Source of the DNA: Eledone cirrhosa
Taxonomy: Eukaryota
NCBI GenBank assembly: GCA_964016885.1
Contig: OZ024740.1
Span: forward strand, 27,838,001 to 27,902,000
Direction: 5' to 3'
Length of the DNA: 64,000 bases
Shown: positions 58,006 to 64,000 of the stretch, piece after piece
Numbering within the stretch: position 1 is the stretch's first letter
Layout: every line of letters starts with the position of its first letter
Program-made: the position numbers and the translations under genes
The notes under the pieces: model-generated
Database searches by the model: none
Seen by the model: the letters and a program-made list of their open reading frames with translations, nothing else
What the model was told of the DNA's origin: nothing

Positions 58006-58912
58006 ACAAGGGAAGGGGTGAAGGCTTCAAGGACGTCATCTTTGTCCGTTCCCTTGTCGTTTTAATTTGGATTGCCTCGAGAACGTATCCTTATTATGTA
58101 AGAAGCTGTCTGATGAGATCATGGCACTGGTTAGGCGGAATCGCGTGACCACTGTCGTCATTGAAATGTTTATATATATACTAGCAGAAGTACCCGGCTT
58201 TGCCCGGGTGTAAGTCGACCTTTGGTCTGTTGTTAAAATGTTTGAAAGTTACTTCCCGCGCATCACAGGTGCAAAAACCTTCGAACCTCAAGGGAAAAAA
58301 TAGTGGTTCGTATACGCAGGTGTGTAATTGAGCATAAATAATGGATCAATTGTAGGTTCAGAGTGTATAGTTGAAATTGTTCTTTGCAAGACTGACGGAA
58401 GTCAAATTAACTTGAAATTGAAATTTCAGTTGATTTTTAAAGCAGGGTGAAAAAGTCGATTTTTTCAAATTTTATTATTTTTTTTACAATTTTGGCGCTC
58501 ACATGTGCAGAAGAAGAAATAAAAGGGACTTTATCTGAATCGCAGCATAATGGACGAATCATTTGCGACAGTTTTCACGAAAATCGGACGTTCCTGTAAA
58601 AAATTATCCCATCTGCAGCTTTGCCTTGTTTTTTGCGCAAAGTCGAACCCCCGCTTCAGTTTTATTGATTTTTTACATGAATGCGTGACCTCTGAAGTAG
58701 ATTTGAGTAGCTAAAGACCTGTCCCGGTAAATTTGTTATATGTGAAAAAAAGTTGATCAAAATTGCGTCTAGGGTTATTGCCCTTTGCAACAGCCTCAAG
58801 AACATGTAACTAAAAAGATTTACCATGGACTACCGTGCACGTTGGTATTGTGTTAAGCCTGCGAAAATCGGTGATCAAATGAGGCAACAATAAGCCATAC
58901 TGATGACGTTTA

Positions 58913-59850
58913 AGCGGGTGGCAAGGAATTTATGCGGCATAGATAGCCATGGGAGTCTTGAAGGAGCACGTCGGTCAGGCAAAAGAAAGGGCCGAGGAGG
59001 GAATGGTGGCTGACAGTGCATGGAGGCGGCATCCTGAGGCATAAAGATGTAGTGGGGCGACGGCCAGCAGGCAAGGAAGAGGGCATGGGTGGACGGTGGC
59101 TAGGATGCCGCATGGTGAGCCATGGCAGTCTTGAAGGAGCACTGCGGGCAGGAAAAAGAAAGGGCCAAGGAGGGGATGGCGGCTGACAGAGCATTGATGC
59201 GGCATGGTGATGCATGACGAAGGGAGATGGCCGGGATTGACGGTTGCAGGGATTCCGCATGGTGAACCATGGCACTCGTGAAGGACCAAATCGTGCGGGT
59301 AAGGGAGAGGGAAGGGGAGGGCATGGTGGCTGACAAAGCATGGATGCGGCATGGTGAGGCATGACGATGCAGTGGGACGACAGCGTTAAGGGAAGGGAGA
59401 AGGAAGGACTTGATGGTGGCAGGGATGCGGCTTAGTTAGGCAAGGCAGTATTGAATGAGCACGGCGGACAGGCCAAAAAAATGGCTGAGGAGGGGATGGT
59501 GGCCGACAGGGAAGTAATGCGGCATGGTGAGGCATGACGATGCAGTGGGACGACGGCGTGCAGGGAAGGGAGAGGGCAGGGGTTGACGGTGGCAGGGATG
59601 CGGCTTGGTCAGGCCTGGAAGTCTTGAGCTCTCCCGGACTGTAGGCAATGGAAATGGGCAGGGGTGGACGGTGGCAGGGATTCGGCATGTTGAGCCGTGG
59701 CAGTCCTTAGGGACCACGGGGGGCAGGCAATGGAAAGGGCCGGGGAATGAATTGCAGCTGACAATGCAGCGATGCGCATGGTGATGCACAACGATGCAGT
59801 AGGTCGACGGCGTGCAGGGATGGGAGTGGGCAGAGTTTGACGGATGCCTC
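58913..59850. repeat. Degenerate GC-rich, purine-skewed minisatellite (~173-bp period) inside the Helitron
   Basis: A GG(T/A)TGACGGTGGCAGGGATGCGGC-like motif recurs at ~59087, 59233, 59406, 59579, 59661 and 59835. GGCATGGTGAGGCATGACGATGCAGTGGGACGAC occurs at 59348 and 59521 (173 apart). Confidence 0.85.
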
Positions 59851-60109
59851 ATTATGGTACGGTAGTGGGACCACGGGAATGAAGGGAGCGCATGGAGGAT
59901 CGATGATCGCTTGAGAAGACTGGGTGAAATACAGGATGATGCGCGGCGGTATAGTGTTGATAGTCCTTATATAAGAAATGGAAGAATCGGCATAAAAGGT
60001 TTGCTGAATATGGTGAGCGTTAATTTAAATAGACTTACGGTAGATAATCCTGATAGATTGAACATTTTTTGCATGGCGGGAGTCGCGACAAATGTAAGCA
60101 AGAAGAATG

Positions 60110-60490
60110 GGCTTTTCGGTTGCCGGATTTTTGCCTCTGGGGGTCCGATTATCGATTTTCTTTTTACAATTTCAAGTATCCCACGTTAATCCCCGCATCA
60201 AAATACATACCTACGTCAAATTTCATTGGAATCGGACAAATTTCGTAAATATCGATTTTTGCCTCTGGTGAACCAATTATCGATTTTTCGAAAATTTAAT
60301 ATAGCGCACGTTTATCCCCGAATCAAAATACACACTTGCGTCGAGTTTCATCGATTTTTGAAAATATCGATTTTTGGCTTCTGGGGTCCCCATTATCAAT
60401 TTTTCGAAATTTTCAAGTAGCATATTCCACTCTACGCGTTGAGTTTTATATATGTGTGAGGTTTCATGAAAATTGGATGAACGGTGTAGC
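60110..60490. repeat. Three diverged ~115-128-bp tandem copies near the Helitron 5' end
   Basis: GATTTTTG(C/G)C..CTGG at 60126, 60254 and 60369, each followed by ATTATC(G/A)ATTTT and a TTTCAT motif. Confidence 0.8.
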
Positions 60491-60537
60491 ATGCAAGTTG
60501 GGAACACCAAACAATGCCCAACTTCACTTTATATATA

Positions 60538-60540
<3 letters not shown>

Positions 60541-60604
<64 letters not shown>

Positions 60605-60610
60605 TATATA
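60541..60610. repeat. (TA)n microsatellite
   Basis: Directly visible; separates the Helitron 5' end from the LINE 3' tail. Confidence 0.98.
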
Positions 60611-60985
60611 ATCATCAGGTCGAGCTTGCTCGGCTTTCTACGACACGTTTCCTCCATCCATCTCTGTCTCTCATAGCGTTTGCCAGTTCTTCCGCAGTGC
60701 ATCCAGTATCGTCCTCCTCAAGTTGCTTGACGTGTGTCTTCTTGGGACGACCAGCGTTTCTTGCTCCATGAGATGGACTCCATAACAACACATCACCTGC
60801 CATTTCTTCCTTGCTGCGCCAGCAGTGGCCAGCAAATCTGAGTCTCTGTCCACGTATTGACCTGCTGATAGGTGGTATATTGCCATAGAGATCCTTATTT
60901 GTTGGGTGTTTAAAGACACGTTTAAAGCAGCACGGAGCATACGTGTGTATGCCCCGTCTAGCTTTTTCTCCAGTTTTGACGTTAG
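60611..60985 (-). pseudogene. 3' end of RTE-type non-LTR retrotransposon ORF (frameshifted) with short TGA-repeat tail
   Basis: LTSKLEKKLDGAYTRMLRAALNVS [frameshift] ...RLRFAGHCWRSKEEMAGDVLLWSPSHGARNAGRPKKTHVKQLEEDDTG...AMRDRDGWRKRV. These LR(F/W)xGH, GRP and DRxxW motifs are typical of RTE-clade C-termini. Ends TGATGAT then (TA)n. Confidence 0.88.
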
Positions 60986-61234
60986 CAAAACAGAATATAT
61001 ATTTGCCTGAACCAAGACTCCTCAGTTGGTATGCGAAGTCTAAACGGCGATATAATCAAGCAAGTGGACGTCTTCAAATACCTGGGTAGCTATATCGCCT
61101 CCACAGAACATGATGTTAACATCAGACTGAGAAAAGCCTGGGGAGCAATGAATGCAATGGAAAAAATATGCAAATCAAACCTGCCGGCCAAACTGAAAAG
61201 GAATTTCTTCAGAGCTGGTGTGGAATCGGTGCTT

Positions 61235-61240
<6 letters not shown>
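60984..61240 (+). pseudogene. Inverted upstream segment of the same RTE ORF (end of RT domain and thumb)
   Basis: SKTEY [2-nt AT slip] ICLNQDSSVGMRSLNGDIIKQVDVFKYLGSYIASTEHDVNIRLRKAWGAMNAMEKICKSNLPAKLKRNFFRAGVESVLVY. KT and FKYLG are late RT motifs, and this segment normally precedes the LTSKLEKK segment. Confidence 0.88.

Positions 61241-61291
<51 letters not shown>
61238..61291. repeat. (TA)n microsatellite
   Basis: Directly visible. Confidence 0.98.
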
Positions 61292-61293
<2 letters not shown>

Positions 61294-61481
61294 AAAATGT
61301 ATGACCCGGACGGCAGAGCTCAAGCCGTTTCGACGGCTATTTCAGTCCAGAAATAGCCGTCGAAACGGCTTGAGCTCTGCCGTCGGGGTCATGCTTTTTC
61401 CTATTTCCCACTCTACTACCCTATGTATTGAGTACTCTGGTGCGTTATTGTGCATCTGGTTCCTTGCCACGATTCCTTTGT
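61289..61481 (+). mobile_element. Short fold-back insertion (55-bp arms, 6-nt spacer), probable Penelope-like pLTR remnant with 3' half of a hammerhead
   Basis: 61289-61343 is the reverse complement of 61350-61404 (3 mismatches). The right arm has GAAACGGC-ttgagctct-GCCGTC (hammerhead GAAA, helix III and GUC) and continues ~77 nt of unique sequence to the next (TA)n. Confidence 0.55.

Positions 61482-61509
<28 letters not shown>
61482..61509. repeat. (TA)n microsatellite
   Basis: Directly visible. Confidence 0.97.
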
Positions 61510-61512
<3 letters not shown>

Positions 61513-61581
61513 AAAAAGAGATGAAATCGAAAATGCAACTGAAGTCTTATTTTTTTTTTAAATATATATATTTATTTGGTT

Positions 61582-61619
61582 CCTTTACCGGTTTCGCAGT
61601 TCTTCTGCTTTTCAAAAGG
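61582..61619 (-). ncRNA. Minimal type I hammerhead ribozyme (U3-A8 variant), left-arm copy
   Basis: Reverse complement: CCUU-UUGAAAA-GCAG-aagaa-CUGC-GAA-ACCGGU-A-AAGG, identical to the right-arm copy. Confidence 0.65.
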
Positions 61620-62122
61620 TGAGTTGAGATGGAGGGTCTGTGGTTTTTCTCACATCTGGTTGGTCTCTGAATGTTACTTGTTTTATATGGAAAAAGTGGC
61701 TCGAAATGCCAGGTTTTTCGAGAAGTAATTTGATTGGTTTGTCAATAATTATAATAAATTTCGCGCCAGTTCGCGTTACAATAGTTCTTCAAATAAGAGA
61801 GGGGGGGGGTTGTCACAGGTTGTTTTTTCATATATGAGTGTTTGAATTTCTTTTTACTTGAAAAAAGGAGGCTCACGAAGGCTTTTTGGGGGTTGGTTAT
61901 AAATGAAATTTGGCTGTCACGTGTTTCATTACATTTTTGCGCCCTTATTTGGAAAACTATTCTGTAGTCTTTATAGTGAATGTTATGACAATGGAGAGAT
62001 AGTGGTCAAGAGAAAAGGGATTGGGAGAAATGTTCTGGTTCAGTGAATATGGCCAGCTCGCCGGGGTGTCAGAGTTCAGATTTTCTATTGAGACTGAAGA
62101 TATGTATGTTTATTTGTGTGCT

Positions 62123-62159
<37 letters not shown>

Positions 62160-62540
62160 ATTGGAAGATGATTCTATTAGTAGAGATGGGGGAGGGAGTT
62201 GTGTGTGTGTGTATATGGGTGTTATGTGTGTGTGTGCGAGTATGTTAAGATGGAGAGAATATATATTTTGTGTATGTGTATATATATATGTGTGTAGGAA
62301 AGTGGTTCTATTAGTAGAAATGGGGAGGGAGTTGTAGGTGTGGGGGTTGTTATGTGTGTGTACAACTCCCTCCCCATTTCTACTAATAGAACCACTTTCC
62401 TACACACATATATATATATACACACACACAAAATATATATTCTCTCCATCTTAACATACTCGCACACACACACATAACACCCATATACACACACACACAA
62501 CTCCCTCCCCCATCTCTACTAATAGAATCATCTTCCAATA

Positions 62541-62595
<55 letters not shown>

Positions 62596-63109
62596 GCACA
62601 CAAATAAACATACATATCTTCAGTCTCAATAGAAAATCTGAACTCTGACACCCCGGCGAGCTGGCCATATTCACTGAACCAGAACATTTCTCCCAATCCC
62701 TTTTCTCTTGACCACTATCTCTCCATTGTCATAACATTCACTATAAAGACTACAGAATAGTTTTCCAAATAAGGGCGCAAAAATGTAATGAAAACTTGTT
62801 CACGTGACAGCCAAATTTCATTTATAACCAACCCCCAAAAAGCCTTCGTGAGCCTCCTTTTTTCAAGTAAAAAGAAATTCAAACACTCATATATGAAAAA
62901 ACAACCTGTGACAACCCCCCCCCCCCCCTCTCTTATTTGAAGAACTATTGTAACGCGAACTGGCGCGAAATTTATTATAATTATTGACAATCCAATCAAA
63001 TTACTTCTCGAAAAACCTGGCATTTCGAGCCACTTTTTCCATATAAAACAAGTAACATTCAGAGACCAACCAGATGTGAGAAAAACCACAGATCCTCCAT
63101 CTCAACTCA

Positions 63110-63147
63110 CCTTTTGAAAAGCAGAAGAACTGCGAAACCGGTAAAGG
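63110..63147 (+). ncRNA. Minimal type I hammerhead ribozyme (U3-A8 variant), right-arm copy
   Basis: Helix I CCUU(63110-13)/AAGG(63144-47); core UUGAAAA (63114-20); helix II GCAG/CUGC; GAAA (63134-37); palindromic helix III ACCGGU; predicted cleavage after GUA at 63143. Confidence 0.65.
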
Positions 63148-63284
63148 AACCAAATAAATATATATATTTTTTTAAAAAATAAGACTTCAGTTGCATTTTC
63201 GATTTCATCTCTTTTTATTTATACTTTCACTCGTGTAGGACACCTCGGTTATTTTTCATTTTGTAAAAAAAACCTCACTTTCTA

Positions 63285-63306
63285 ATATATATATATATAT
63301 ATATAT
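63285..63306. repeat. (TA)n microsatellite
   Basis: Directly visible. Confidence 0.97.
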
Positions 63307-63307
63307 T

Positions 63308-63385
63308 AGCTGGCATGCCGAACAACCTCCCCGTGGTGCCAGCTGGGTGGTCTAAGATTACTCCTAAACCAGCGAAAAGTTCGGC
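63308..63385 (+). ncRNA. HDV-like self-cleaving ribozyme
   Basis: P1 AGCUGGC(63308-14)/GCCAGCU(63338-44); P2 GCCGAAC(63317-23)/GUUCGGC(63379-85); P3 ACC/GGU with L3 UCCCCGU; P1.1 CC/GG(63345-46); P4 UGGU...ACCA; J4/2 GCGAA with candidate catalytic C at 63373. All elements are in the HDV double-pseudoknot order. Confidence 0.85.
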
Positions 63386-64000
63386 GGCAGTGCCTAAATA
63401 AGTGGTGGCTTTACGCCTGGCAAGCGTTCTTCCTATAAAAAGCCACAGATGTCCACAACAGCACTGTGACGTGGCGCGCATGAACCGCCACTAAATAGGG
63501 TTACTGCCCCCCCCCCCCCCCCCTTGGCTCACCCGAGGCATTGTATTCCAGAAGGGGCGGAAGAACCATTTGGTCAACCAACGGCTCGAATGGAACCTCG
63601 GGAGCATTGGGACCCCGGTTTGGTTAACGACCAAGCAACGGCGTATGAACTGGTCTACTGGTCATCGTCTCCCAATGGGTGCGACTCCCTGATCTCGCTC
63701 CGCTGCCTTGTGGACAGACTTTTTAGTCAAAGGCTCCGGGTGAGGTCCCCTAAGTAAACCCCTTACTTCAGCCTAGGCAACCGGGTAGTATCACGCCTTC
63801 TGCAGAGGGAAACTCCGACATCAAACCTAAGGTCCGAGGACCTCGCTATCACCGTCCCAGCTCGCTAGGCCATGGCAGATGAAACTCATGCTTAAAGGGT
63901 GGGGCCAGTTTGAGCGCACTGCACTTCACCTTAAAACTCCCCAGCGCAGGCCGAAGGACACGTCCACGTTCTATGACCAACCATTCCAAAAGTCCTGCAG
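63308..64000 (+). mobile_element. 5' UTR of a probably 5'-complete RTE-like non-LTR retrotransposon (continues beyond window)
   Basis: Begins at the HDV-like ribozyme directly after (TA)n and is GC-richer than its flanks. Contains GAGGGAAACTCCGACATCAAACC (63805-63827), similar to the GAAGGAAAACTCTG..TCAAACC motif recalled from RTE 5' UTRs. The ORF is not inside the window. Confidence 0.7.

Larger units (their letters stand above)
58181..60540 (-). mobile_element. Complete non-autonomous Helitron (2,360 bp)
   Basis: Minus-strand 5' end A|TCTTATATATAAAGTG at 60540. 3' end has the GC-rich hairpin ACCCGG-gcaaag-CCGGGT (58192-58209) followed by ...CTGCTAG|T at 58181. Inserted between A and T with no TSD, in TA-repeat context. 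No Rep/helicase ORF. Confidence 0.88.
61506..63284. mobile_element. 1.7-kb near-perfect palindrome (arms 61506-62336 and 62361-63223, 24-nt spacer), probable Penelope-like inverted pLTR pair
   Basis: Arms are reverse complements, and the ORF track shows mirrored peptides. They differ in (GT)n and poly-G/C length, an ~8-nt indel and a few substitutions. Each arm has an outward-facing minimal hammerhead followed by AATAAA. The right arm has an extra ~60-nt tail. The palindrome is certain; the Penelope-like identity is inferred. Confidence 0.75.

Noticed and set aside
58105-58150. Possible third hammerhead (CTGATGAG...GGAATCGCGTGAC)
   Set aside because: The CUGAUGA box is perfect, but GAAA, the cleavage triplet and helices I/II are all defective; at best a decayed Penelope-like remnant.
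58910-59852. Pro/His/Cys-rich minus-strand ORFs
   Set aside because: Open in several frames simply because the GC-rich minisatellite lacks stop codons.
59911-60771. Short ORFs in the Helitron and YIYIYI ORFs
   Set aside because: No Rep/helicase motifs; the YI runs are translations of (TA)n.
61428-63089. Mirrored ORFs (MVFLTSG..., MGEMFWF..., VCVC runs) as duplicated genes, or a GIY-YIG remnant (LNRKSEL near 62626)
   Set aside because: They are by-products of the palindrome and (GT)n tracts; the peptide resemblance is too short and stop-interrupted to support.
63275-63757. 68- and 77-aa ORFs and a TATAAAA box near 63433
   Set aside because: They lie in a probable retrotransposon 5' UTR with no recognisable domain, and an isolated TATA-like heptamer is not sufficient evidence of a promoter.

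Overview
Eukaryotic (animal) genomic DNA with no intact protein-coding gene; the SINE fragments resemble, from memory, abundant octopus repeats. Bases 1-57074 are one 55-bp AT-rich satellite array (about 1,040 monomers, running off the left edge) with multi-kb segmental duplications. Its right boundary falls inside a candidate 47-nt minus-strand exon whose splice donor is part of the monomer. The last 7 kb hold three decayed SINEs and then a chain of elements each bounded by (TA)n tracts. These are a complete 2.36-kb non-autonomous Helitron, a 5'-inverted (twin-primed) RTE-type LINE fragment, a short fold-back carrying half a hammerhead ribozyme, a 1.7-kb palindrome with a minimal U3-A8 hammerhead in each arm (Penelope-like), and the 5' end of an RTE-like element starting exactly at an HDV-like ribozyme. 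All structures were read by eye; no database searches or folding programs were run.
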